From the NCBI GenBank assembly GCA_965649765.1, contig OZ287755.1:53320001-53384000 (forward strand): DNA of 64,000 nucleotides. The letters run 5' to 3'. A program made the position numbers and the translations under genes. Source of the DNA: Bispira polyomma. Lineage: Eukaryota. Below, piece after piece: positions 13,228-26,165 of the stretch (positions are counted from its first letter, which is position 1; each line of letters starts with the position of its first letter). Under the pieces are notes generated by a model that was not told the DNA's origin, made no database searches, and worked only from the letters and a program-made list of their open reading frames with translations.

Positions 13228-15306
13228 TGTAGCGCCAGATTTTTACTCCCCTTTTTTTCTTGGGGGTGTGAATTTGGCAAAGGGGTGCCATAATTTCACT
13301 ATCTGAGTTGTATATGCAATAATTATAAAAGGCTGCCTCTTATAATTACTAGCCACACCTCCCAAGTTATCAGCCTTATCCACGTCATCCTATGTCATAT
13401 CAACAATTAACCAGTATTTTTACATTCATTATTTGTTTTACAATCAATATCGTAATCATTGTTTTATTTATCTTTAATAAAATTTTGTGAGTTTTAATAA
13501 TAATGTTTTATTGTCTTTTTCTAATTCCCATAAATTCCCCAAATACCAATGACAGTCTCCCCACATAACATGTCAATCAATGCACATACTTAATTAAAAC
13601 CCTGATTGAAATTGAATGCAAGAGCAATTCAGTGGTAATCAGTGTAATTGGATTAATCTTCATAATGGCTATATGGGCATGAGACAAACTATTATAGATC
13701 AATACCAGGTAACACTGTGGTATATAGGTTTATGTATATATATGTATATTATAATTTTGTAACAGGTTTAAGAGTTATTGTAATGTAATTAGTTTGGTTA
13801 ATGGCTTACAAAAACACTCCCATTTCTGTACATACAAATCTAAATTTACGTGTATGGTTACATTACAAATAACATACATATATTTTCATAGAAAATCCAA
13901 ATTTTAAAGAATTGAAGATATAGAATATCAATATAAATTGTGAATTTTACCATTTCTGCACAATAGTACAGGTTTACATCTATTTTTATACACACATTGC
14001 ATTGGAATATTCTATTTAAACTGACATGTAAGCCTTAAGGCTGAGTGTTACATTTAATAAAACATGAGAAACTTTGTATATCTGTATATGTAAAACACAA
14101 TGTTAGTATGATTTAGTAATTGATCTATCTATTTTCATATACAATACACATACATAAATCTTTGAAGTTAACTAGGTTACTACATAATTGGATTCTCATT
14201 GTGGTATATACCACAAAGCTGAATTGATCACTTAATAACTGAATGTGGCTTCTCATGCTGAAACTTATCAGTACCTTGATTCCTTGATTGTTTGAGGAAC
14301 TGGATTACTAGATGATTGGATGTGGCTAGTCATGGTGAAAGTTATCAATACCTTGATTACTTGTTTGTTTGATTATTAGATTACTAGATGATTGGTATAT
14401 ACTACCACAAAGCTGGCTTGATTACTTATTAACTGAAGGTGGCTTCTCATGGTGAAAGTCACCAGCACCTTGATTACTTGATTGCAAGTGACTTTACATA
14501 ACATAGGTAACCAGCATTAAGCTTACTTGATTACTTCACTAAATGTGGTTTCTCATAGTGTGGTAAACAATTTTTGATGGCAACTTCAAGAAATACCCTT
14601 TGAAATTATCTTGCTAGTGGCTTCTTTTGAAAAATGAACAACCTTAAGTGTATATAAAGAGGTGCTGTAAAACTTAACTTTATTATATTTCCTGTGTTGT
14701 TAGTTAATGAAAGAGTTGTATGAAGTGTTGTTTTTTAAAATTTAAGTATCACTATCTGAGTTGTATATGCAATAATTATAAAAAGACTGCCTCTTATAAT
14801 TACTAGCCACACCTCCCAAGTTATGAGCCTTATCCACGTCATCCTATGCCATATCAACAATTAACCAGTATTTTTACATTCATTATTTGTTTTACAATCA
14901 ATACCGTAATCATTGTTTTATTTATCTTTAATAAAATTTTGTGAGTTTTAATAATAATGTTTTATTGTCTTTTTCTAATTCCCATCAATTCCCCAAATAC
15001 CAATGACAGTCTCCCCACATAACATGTCAATCAATGCACATAATTAATTAAAACCCTGATTGAAATTGAATGCAATAGCAATTCAGTGGTAATCAGTGTA
15101 ATTGGATTAATCTTGATAAAATCACCCAAGGAGGGTCAGTTTCTGACAAGGGGTCAGTATTTGGCAAGTTGGCTGCCATATTTCCCCCCCCCCTTTAATC
15201 CTCCTATTGTAGGGAGGTGCAAAATTTGTTTGCCAAATACTCACCCCCCAAAAAAGATCAAAGAGGGGAGTAAAAATATGGCAGGGGGTGATTTTATGGC
15301 GTTACA
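13228..15306. mobile_element. Non-autonomous TIR element with TGT..ACA ends (Ginger-like)
   Basis: Left TGTAGCGCCAGATTTTTACTCCCC..GGGGGTGTGAATTTGGCAAA versus right reverse complement TGTAACGCC..ATATTTTTACTCCCC..GGGGGTGAGTATTTGGCAAA. Removing it restores the Crypton reading. TSD is degenerate. Confidence 0.7.
13296..15114. repeat. ~365-bp direct repeats (13296-13660 and 14749-15114)
   Basis: TCACTATCTGAGTTGTATATGC...GGATTAATCTT present twice with few differences. Confidence 0.93.
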
Positions 15307-16874
15307 GGGGGCAATATTAAAAAGCTCTATGAGTCTAATTTGTTATCAAATGACAACCCAACAAGTCTGTTGCAGAAATTGTTTTTTGAGGTTTCACTTC
15401 TTTTTGGCAGAAGGGGTAGGGAGGGATTAGCTCAGTTAAAAAAGCAGGATTTTTTTTGTTTATCAAAGATGATGAAAATAACAGCATTGAATATGCTACA
15501 ATAAAGATAAACGAGCCAACAAAAAATCAAAAATAAATAAGTTAATAAAGATCAAGGAATCTATGCCCAACCAAAAGATCTTAATTACTGTCCAATTCTC
15601 TCTCTCAAACTCTACTTATCTTAAACTTTGCCCACAGGAAGATGCATTTTTTCAAAAGGCCAAAAAACTCCAACAAAAAATATTTGAATAAATGGCAGTT
15701 TGGTACACCAAAAAATTGGATCATAGCAGTACTGACTCCATAATGCAAAAAATTTCAAAAATAGATGGCCTATCACAAATATACAACAATCATTGTATTC
15801 GGGCAACAGCTTCTACTGTTCTTGCACACAAAGACATTGCACCAAGCAACATTATTCATGTTACTGGGCACAAAAATAGTAACAGCTTGACCCCATATAT
15901 ATCACATTCATCAAATGAAAAAAAAGATGGGGGAATGAGCCAAATTTTACACAAATATGGCAAAGCTAGTTATGAAGCATTTGCTTCACCATAACAACCT
16001 TTACAAATTTCCACACAAAATTCAACCTCATCATTTGTTGGAGAGGCTCCAGTGAAATTTTTTAACCAAACAAATATTTTTGGTAGGAATATTACCATCA
16101 ATATCCACCAGAAATAAAGGATGTAAAATAATTTTTAACAAGAACATTGGTATTTATTAAAAGCATTGAAGTGACAATATAATGTCAAACAAATTACCAT
16201 ATGTGTTAGCATAAGTAAATTAAGTTGTTGTTGTTGACATTTTCTATTAAATTATGTTGTTTCTGTATTTTAAATTTTGTTGTTTCTGTATTTAAAATAT
16301 CATAATAGTATAATGTAAAAAAAAATTATCGTATGTGTTACCATAAGTAAATTCAATTTTTGAAACACTAAAAGTGTTTTATATGGTGTTGACATTTTAT
16401 ATTACATTATCATTTTATTGCTTTTGTATTTAATATACCATGTTAAAGTTTGGTCCTCTTTGTTTCATTAAAGCTTTTCCCCCTATAACTTCTTTTATTT
16501 AATAACTTTTGTTTTCTCCACAAATAATTTTGTAAAGTTTAGCGACACCCATTTTGCCGTATTTTTATTTATGCAGTGGCTGTGTACATTAGATGGAAGA
16601 GCCAAGTTATATCGGAGGGCGGAGCCCGCCGAGATTATGTACGTAGGAGAAGGATGTTTTGGTCTGTAGACCGCACTTTCTACCAGTTTCGTCCATTATT
16701 TTAATTCAGTTTTCGGCAGTTACATGTCATTGGTACTAAGGACGAGTCAGAAGCATTAATATATCTATTTTTTCTTATTTGGTTTGTAAAATAAGATTTA
16801 ACCTTTGACCTCCCAATTACCGCATATTTTGTTTTGTCCATTTTTCGTGGGGCCAGTCAGATTCGTAGGTTTCA

Positions 16875-16905
<31 letters not shown>

Positions 16906-19040
16906 ACAAAGACTAGGGTTTGGGATATATGTACGATATATATATACACCCATACTGACGAGAAAAGCTATTTCTTCTAACTTCCGAAAACGCACGCCTT
17001 CTAACTTTGGTCTCGACTGCTAGACGGCGCCACCCTACAGTCTTTTATTTGTGCACAAGGAAGACCTTAAACAGAAGATGAATTTTATATTTTAAAACTA
17101 TGGACGAGAAGTGGCAAAAAGCCAAGAAATTGCCTTAATTCAATAAAAACATTATTATTATATGACAGTTTGACTAAATCTCACCTTATCTGCTCATATA
17201 TAGTGACTGTAATCCATCAAAATTTCTTTAGTTTGCGAGACTTCGGTAGCTTTCGAAACAGCCATCTTTGTTGTTAATAAATACTGGTGATCGGATAATC
17301 AAAGCTCTGAAAATCTGGGTCGTTTCCAATGCGTGTGCGCATTAAGGTCAAAGGTGAGACCTCTTAAACAATATTAATTGATTTTTTAATCCACCAATCA
17401 TGAACTCGCCCCATCTGAGACCATATTTTTACTTCAAAGTGATGCCGAGTATTACACAGCAAGTATACTACTAGATTCATCAACACATGTTCACAACTAC
17501 AGTTACTACTGCGAATATAAACAGATTTGAAGGTATTGCAAAGTATATAGATATATGAAAGAATATATTTTATCACAATTTATTTTTTAACATAATTAAC
17601 AAATTAACATAATTAACTGAATAACCCTGTCTCGTTGTACACCATTTTCTTATATTGATTTACACATAATTAGGGCCACCTATAAAAGCATGGGGTTTCC
17701 CAGCAATATCCACATCTTTATGGCAGCAGATATACTTCACGTTTTTTATGAAGTAGGTCAATGGCCAATTACATAATCCCCCAACAGTGCTTTGATATGG
17801 TGTTTAAAAGGATATGATGGTTTTTCATTTGTGTAGCATTAATGGCGGATTATAGCTTTAATTATTTGGTAAGTCGTTTGTTTGATCGGTCCGTGAGCGA
17901 AAATAGAAGATACTAGACACTGTACCGTTTGATAGCCAGTGGATCAATTATGGTGTTTGCCAAGATATAATTTCCAATTTTATGCTGTCACCGCTTCTAT
18001 GTATTACCACCAACAGAAGACACATTTAGAGAGCTCCAAGAAATCGTTTTTATAAGGTTTTAAAGCAAGGTCACTTCCTCTTGTTTTATGTTGTTTTGAA
18101 GATAATATATGGTCAACAAAATGTAAACAAACTGTACTAGTTGTGCAAATACCACACACTTGTACTCAATCAATAATGCCGTACAACCAGTACCCATACT
18201 TAGCCTTGAAAGAACCATCTAACAAATGATGACATGTGTAGTGGGAATACTTTGTGTGTTGATATAATATATCTTCACTTTGTGTGAAAACAGTATTTAT
18301 GTGTTCTCAGCTTTTTTTCCCTGTTTTGTGTGTGTCCTGTGTGAGTATACTGAGCATAATAATTCATTAATATGTGCACAATTTTCCATGTCTTTAGATT
18401 AACAATTCATATTTTTTCAATAAAATAATTAACTATAACACAAAGACTTGGTTCCTACTAAAGCTCGGACATGTCCGAGTGTCCAAGTGGCGGTGGCGTA
18501 AATGTGGCGTAGTGTATTTTAGATAGGCTACGCCACTGGTGGCGTAGAATGTCCAAGTAGGTGGCGTAGAAGTGGCGTAAATTTTATATACAGTCAATAC
18601 ATGTTTAATTTGACCACAAAATCGTACATATAGTTTCAAATATGAATATTTATATGCTATGTTCTATATGGCTATTAACTATATGTCCCCTCTCCATTTC
18701 CCCCTTCACTTGTCCCTCCCCATTTTCCTTCCAATAACAATTAAAGGTGGTAGCATCAATTAGACTATAGGATTAGTGATGCTGAGGGCTGAGAAATCAG
18801 TTTCAGTATTCAGGGGTGCAAATATTGTGGTCAGTTTGGAGGTTTAGTGATTTTGATTACCAAATGCAATGTAAAATCTTTCAAACCAAGGCTGTGTAAA
18901 GCAAGGAAGAAATGACTTCTATCAACCAACTTTTGTGTCCAAATCTGCCTTTCTATTTGTATAATTTAATAATAATATAGGCTGAAGGGGACTTCTTCCT
19001 GGGTTTTTTATAGCTAAAACTAATTGTATCATTAATTTTA

Positions 19041-20862
19041 CGCGGAAGCTTCGTTGCCGTCAACGGTAACACATAAATTAATCTCGGTTACCGTCATCGG
19101 TAACGCAAATGTAATGTTGGGTAACCGTCATATGAAAAATGTTAGAAATAGAGAAGAAGTAAGTATAAAAATTCAAATTTTAACAAATATGTGTAAAAAA
19201 CATTATTTACAGGTCCAATTGTGCGTTTCCGCCACTGTAACACAAAATTAAGGTGGTTTGTTTTTGTCAAGTTTTGTGTTAAAAATAACTGAAAGTAGGT
19301 AGGAATATATTGTACAGCCATTTATATTAAAAAAAATAAGGATGAAGAAAAAATTCTTCAGATATTTTATTTGAAAAAAACAAACTATAAAAATCACCAC
19401 CACCAAGAACATTATGATAATTGTAAGATAATACAATATACAAATCAACATTTTACATTCCACAAAGCACATTGTACACAAATCACTGATACAAAACCAC
19501 TATTTTCTTCTGTTCTTCGCAGTGTCAGCTTGGTTGGAATTATATTGCACTGTCTTTTCTTTTGCAAACCAATCACACTTTTGTTAGAACCCTTTGGCCT
19601 TCCTCTCTTCCGTGTTTTTTGTAATATTACTTCTTCAAGATTAATGTTAGCATTCATTGGATTTTTCACAGTTTCTGGTACATTGTCTACAATCTCCTCA
19701 TTGGTCTCAGTATCTTGTGGCAATTCACTTTTAAAAACCACACGCTCTGTCATGTCCTTGTCTGTAATGATGCATTTTATACTCTGCCAGTCATGATTCT
19801 TCTCTTTAAACTTGACAATCATGTCACTGCTATGTTGTAGACGTCTTTTAGGGTCATCTTTTTGCCATTTTTTCTGTGTAGGACTGTTGGACTAACTTCC
19901 TATTGGCGTTAAACTTTAGATGCTGTGCTATCTCGTTTTCTGTCTCTTTATCCACTTTTCTAACACAAGGATGGAACTTGTACGCCAGCTCAGAAATCAT
20001 GTGGTTGTGGGTAGTTGCAGATGATATCGCTTCCAGCTGCTGACCATCTTTTGTTGCCTTGAACCTGATGTGGAAAGGGCAGTCTATCTTTCCTGTTGTC
20101 TGGTTGGGCCTGTTTCCTTTAGATCTGGAGCTGAAATTCTTCCCTCCATGGTGACAGCTATATTTTAGCTCAACATAGATTAAGTCTTCTTTAAATTCCC
20201 TGCCTGGATAGCGCACAGCAGTAGCCTTGAGTTTTCTGCAGTCACTTTTTGAAAGCTTCACAAAGTTTTCAGCTTCAAACCTGGATATCTTTCTCCAAAG
20301 TTTTGTAGTCCCAAAATGTTTTTCCAACAGTAAAAGGAAAAGACATGTTGCTGGTATACCATCTGTGTATTACAGGTGTATAATGACTTGTCTTTACTGT
20401 GGAGGGGGGTATTTATAGGGAATGAATGTTATAATTGCAATAACCCTGAATAGAGCCCCCCCCCCCCCCCCCCACCCCTAAAGAATGGCATGTCAAAGGT
20501 TGGGAAGTTGTAAAATCTAATTGCAATAAGCATGAACAAAAGTCCCCCCCTAGGTTGACAGTTAATGGCATGACAAATGTTAGCACTTAAGATTATCGCC
20601 GGCTTCTTAATTGGACTTCACAAAAGTTTCAGTTATATTGATGCAAATGACAAATATTTTAATCCAATTGTAATTAATACCAGGACACTGTTTGAATAAA
20701 GTTAGGTATTGGGATTATTACCACAAATACTTGTAAGTAATGATACCTTTAATGACTCTTTAATGTATTTCTATGGGCTACCGTCAAAATCACGTATTAT
20801 CACTGACGGTCCCGCAGATCACAAGTTTGGTTACCGTCAATGACGGTAGCCGAGACACTTCG
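19041..20862 (-). mobile_element. Nested, internally deleted MULE with 9-bp TSD TTAATTTTA
   Basis: TSD at 19032-19040 and 20863-20871. CG termini with TACCGTCA/GACGGTA subterminal repeats. Carries transposase fragments. Confidence 0.85.
19445..20327 (-). pseudogene. MULE transposase remnant (FAR1/ZSWIM3-like N-terminal Zn domain, TDKD motif, AT-hook)
   Basis: YSCHHGG..T.KIDCPFHI..THNH; IITDKDMTERVVF; KRGRPKG. Central catalytic and SWIM parts deleted. Confidence 0.82.
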
Positions 20863-23800
20863 TTAATTTTAACATAGTGGTCTAGATATGTATACACAAA
20901 TGATATGCAGCCATAGTATGGCTTTGGTCATTTGCCCTAAATATATTTGACATTAATTTCATTATATGTTTTGCCACTTGGTCTTTGCTTCATTTCCATC
21001 ATTAGAAATCTTAACTTGTATGTGTACATAATGACACGATGAATTTTGATGCATAATTTTCTTTACATTCTCTTCATAATAAAGGTAGTTAATTGACACC
21101 AGTTGTACTAACAGATTCTTTCATGTAAAATCATATTTTTCTTTACATTCACTTTATAAAAAAGTATACACACATAAACCAGTATGTTAATAACTGTCTT
21201 GTGTGTCTAAAATGATTGTATATTATTTGCCTCCCATCCATTTGCCCCCTGTACCATTTGCCCCCCTTTTTTCAGGGGGGTGTGTCAAATGCCCCCTTTT
21301 TTATCAAAAGTGGGCAAAGAGAAAAAACATTATATATCAAAATTTTAGTAAAGTAAAACCATAGTAAAACAAGAAAAAACATTACGTATCACAAATGTTA
21401 TAGCACATATATAGCACTTTTCGCCCAAAAAAGTTTTTTCATGTTTTTAAAATAAAGGGTTTTTAGCTACTTAGGTAAGATTAATGTTTTCTTTGCATTT
21501 TGTCTTCAAAGAGATTCACCTTCTTAACTGTACATGGGATAATTTAATTCAAAGGTTATAGTAAATGGATAATTTAATTCAAAGGTTATAGTAATAGGAT
21601 AGGTTATAATAAAGGATAATAATAGAAGAATCAAAGACATGTCTTCATTGCACTTACTGCCAGTGTGTGCTAGTGGTAGTGGCATAAGTTGAACTAGGAT
21701 TAATTGGGTGTTAATAAAATTTGGTATATATGTCATTGTTAGCAGAGGGAAAATGGGGAGGCGGAAAAGTGGCATAAGTTGGACAAGGATTAATTGATCT
21801 GGCCAGTTTAAATTCTAGCCCAATTCACGCCATAACATATCATTGGTAGTATAGGGGTATGGAGAGGGGCAAGAAGTGGCGTGAGTTGGACAAGGTGTAA
21901 CTTACATCACCATGTCATCTACAATATAAAAAGGGTAACAACTTTGGTGTGTCACATATTGAATTGGAATTTAATTTTATTTTAGAAATCAATTTAAATT
22001 TAGAGCCAGTTGGTGGCAACTGGGTTATGCATTATTCCCATTGTTTTGTGTGGAAAAAAAAACTTAATGCTTTTCATCTTGATAAAGCCTCCTCAGTGGG
22101 TGTTTTGGTGCTGTAGGCCAAACACCAGTTTTAGAAGTGTAATGATTTATTATGACTCTGTAAATTGATTATAATGTGGAGAAAAAGTTAATGTACCCCT
22201 ACAGAAAGTCCAAGTTACACCAATTAATCCTTACTTTTTGTAATTCCAACTTACGCCACTTCTTACCTTTAGAATTCAGATAGATAGATAGATACAGTAC
22301 ATAAAATAAAACAAACATTGTACCCATCAGGCCTAATGGTTTTACCCCAATAGCTATTAACCAGTCAAAGTTACGCCAATTGATCTATGTCCAATTTACG
22401 CCACAAAAGATATGTTAACACTGTGTAAAGCACAGATACTGATGGCAGGGACTAGGTCAGCTACTTTTATATAGTAAATGATCCGTGCCCCTTTGGCAAT
22501 TCATAATTTAATGTTACAGAATGCCTATAAAAAATTTAAAAAAAAAATGGACAACTAAACAGAATAATATCGCAATTGGAAATGTTTATTACATTAAAAA
22601 GTAATATCTAAGTGTCCATTGTAAATATCAAGCCCCACATATATGACATATATAATATAGAGTCCAAGTTGGGCCTATTAATCCTTGTTCAACTTATGCC
22701 ACTTCAAACCCCTCCCCATTTCCCCCTCCACAAACAATAAAAGGTGGTGGTGTTAATTATTTCTTGTGAAACTTATCATCCCTCCACATTCACCCCCCCC
22801 CCCCCCAATATATTGAATTAGTCCAACCTACGCCAATTCTTACCCCTCCCCATTCCCCCTCTTTGCACCGCCTAATCCCCCCCCTTAATATAACCTACGC
22901 CACTTTACCCCACATTTGTCCAAGTAAGTCCAAGTTGGACAGTGCAGTCCAAGGTTTAGTATGTACCCAAAGACTTAGAGTCGTACTAATTGGTTTATAA
23001 CCTAAGTATTCAAACTTAATAATACAGAACTTTATCTTAAATTTGAATGAGAAATGTCCCAGTAAAATTGAAACAATTTTAAATTATGCTGGTACTTGTA
23101 AGGCCACTGCCATTGATTTATGTAAAGGGAGACTGTTGCTAGTTAATTCTAATGAGGGTTGGGCAGTTATTACACACACGTTTAAATGTTAATATATATT
23201 GTAATCTGAAATTTTAGATTTGTTTTTATCTGTTGTATTTTAATTGACCCAGATGTCATGAAATTCTTCTGAATCAGTGTCTTAGTTCATTTTGTGTACC
23301 TCAGTAAAATCATAGGAAAACTACATTTTCTCATATTTTGTAATATTTCATTAAAGGCAATGATGGGAATAACACCTGTATAAAACACAAACAAGTGGTT
23401 TTCTCTTAAATCTAGTATATAAACGTTTACAAATCCATTCACTATTAATATGTAGCCAGGGATAATAAAGTATCTTTTTAAACAATAAATAACATGTATA
23501 TCAGCCAAAGTATAATAATATTATTATAATATTACAGGATTAGAACTATTACAGGATACCCCTCACCAGGTGCTACTGTGTAATTAAGCCCAGTTGGTGT
23601 TCAGTCGCCCTGGATTAAGTATGCAGTTATGACCTTGAACAAGGTGAGTTGAAGTAGGAGATGTAATAAGCAGTGAATAAATGATAATTACAGTGATTCC
23701 AGACCTTTGCTTCGTCCAGTGTATGGGCATAGTATCTGGGTAACAGGCCAGCTCCAAAAAAGAAGAAATGGTTTAGCATATATGAACAGGTACATTAAAA

Positions 23801-25959
23801 TCCACACGCGCTAAATTAAAATTAATGGATTAAGTCAATAAAGTAGTTGTCAAGTTTTGAATTTTTAAAAACTATTAAATGATATCTTTACCCTGAGTCA
23901 GTGCATACTATTTAGTCGTGTAATAATGAACTATAGTTCTTTGTGGCATTAAATTAAGCATAATAATTTGGAAACATTTTATATATCTTAAGTGATTATT
24001 CAATGCAATGTTATCCTGTTACTTATTGTACTAATATGGCAATGTGGGTACTCAAACCCACTGTATTTACAACTTTAAGTTTTAAATTATTTAAATTTAT
24101 ATTACTGAAATCATGGGTTAAAATTGGACTTTGTGCGTTGTTCTGTGAACAGTTGGAAATTTACAAAACTGGTGTACTAAACTTATATTTGACCATTTCA
24201 CACTGACATTAAGTTTTGTTTGACAGGAAATTTTGATCTATTTATAGGGTAAAGCAAGTAGTAATTAATGTTTTTATACATATAATGAAGCAAATATAAA
24301 TACAATATATATTTTCCATACAGGGGCCCTGAAGTATCGTGACCAGAAATGCTTATAACTAGTTTATTATTGTTCCTACAAGTTTCCAATGTGAAACCAA
24401 CTTATAGGTAATCATGGGCTGAGAATCTTCTGATGTGGTCAGATTTGACCTTGGGCCCCTCCTTCAAGGTCAAACGAGGGTAGCCATAGCTTGGGTGCTT
24501 CCTACCTAGGGTGCTCTGTCTTTCTGGTGGATACAAATATGCATTCGTTCTCCGATGCGCTAGGTTTAGTTATTCTATTGTAAGGAGCAGTTGAGTGGGT
24601 GAAATATGGTATACATATATAGTTTCTCTAATATATTAATACACAGCACTTAGAGGGAAACATAAGCAACTCCCAATTTTGAACAACAAATAAAAACGGG
24701 TCGACGATCTGATTTGTAGCATTTATTTGAAGCTTTATATTGACAGTTTGCATTGACAATTAAAAACTTTTGCACAAAAACACAATAACAAATGGACTTC
24801 ATTCTACAGGTGGATAATCAGTATTAACGTCATTGTTCTTTTAATTCTAGGAATCTTTATACTAAATGTGGTAGAAATACAATAGATTAAATAGAACTAA
24901 AAATTTACCCAGTCATTGGTAGTTTACTCAAATGTATTTTATAACAAGATGGGATTGGAGTGGCCTTGGGAGGCCACAGCGTTAGTTGTATTGATAATGT
25001 ATAGGTATTTCCAAATGATTGACAATGATTCATCAACACGGATCAAAACTTTAAAGAACCTATATATCATTAAATAATAAAAGGTTTTGTAACTTGATGA
25101 ATAAAACATCTATCCTGTGAAACATATTTTATTTATTACTATACCCCAGAGGAGAGACAACAGCTCCATAATCCATGGGCATGTACCTGATTGGCAGTCT
25201 TGGGTTTGAATCTCAGGTATAACATAAGGCATACCCCCCACAAAAGAACATTTTCAACCCCCCCTCCCCACCCTCCCACCCCCCCCCCAAAAAAAAAAAA
25301 AAAAAAATTCAAGCTACAGGCCTGCTGTGCATACACTTGCGCATTTACGCATGCACATTGAAATTAGTTGCGCAATGTGCAAACTAGTTTAAAAGAAAAA
25401 ATAATTCACCTCCCAGAAAAAATAAATAAATTTCAAACTACAGACCTGCTGTGCACACACTTGCACATTTACACATGTGCATTGATATTGCACAATGTGC
25501 AAACTAGTTAACAAGACCACCTCCCCAATAAGATACAAATACCATTCCATCACACCAATCAGTTACAACAAAAAATGTTGTTTGTTTATATCTTGGAAAC
25601 GATTACATATTTCGACCTAAAATTCGTTTTGGACCATCTAGATATATAGATGAACACACCTAACACACCTCATGTACGGCCACGACCGGACATTAACCTG
25701 CGGACATCCCGTAAACATGCTATCACTAACGTAATAAAATCCAGAACATATGTTTAACCATTGAAAATAAAAAAGAACAGTAGCCACTAAAAGCAATTAA
25801 CACAAAAAAAAACACAACTGCTAAAAATTGACAATATCTCTTCTACAATTCTGGCAATATGCTTCATTAAAAATTAACAATGTCAGAAAAAAACTAATTG
25901 CTGAGGTCAGTGTCTTATGTGTTATACACGGGACATATATATATATAAAACAACATACG

Positions 25960-26165
25960 TTTTTTATATAGCGCCTTATCAGCCAATGCTGTTCAAGGCA
26001 CCTCACAATGAACCAAACAAATTGATTCAGCAAAGTACTCTTCAAACAAATATGTTTCTAATTATTAAAATATTGACAGTTTTGGAGGTTTATAGAGAAG
26101 CAGGCAGTTGATTCCATAATTTTGGGGATATAATGCTAAAGGCTCTGTCACCATACTTGGAATAT
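25960..26165 (-). mobile_element. CR1/L2-group LINE 3' end fragment
   Basis: Minus-strand YGDRAFSIISPKLWNQLP..FKTVN motif followed by a short 3' UTR. Confidence 0.6.

Larger units (their letters stand above)
12930..16060 (+). mobile_element. Crypton-type (DUF3504-like) tyrosine recombinase pseudogene, split by an insertion at 13228-15306
   Basis: N-part LRRFYGEVNSKNGSSYSK..GIRAGINR..KSVIAP resumes after the insertion as GNIKKLYESN..FGRRGREG..CPILSLKLYL..YNNHCIRATASTVL..VTGHKNSNSLTPY, giving the R / HxxR / H / Y catalytic set. Confidence 0.8.
18450..22967. mobile_element. Mutator-like (MULE) non-autonomous element with 9-bp TSD CAAAGACTT
   Basis: TSD at 18441-18449 and 22968-22976. TIRs GGTTCCTACTAAAGCTCGGAC / GGTACATACTAAACCTTGGAC. 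Many dispersed ACGCCAC and GTCCAAG subterminal motifs. Confidence 0.85.

Noticed and set aside
16560-17360. CpG-richer segment with an AAGATGGC (YY1-like) motif as a host promoter
   Set aside because: No linked exon could be identified; it may be a transposon end.
24390-24570. Helentron/HINE-like repeat fragment
   Set aside because: Resemblance is from memory only; termini could not be defined.
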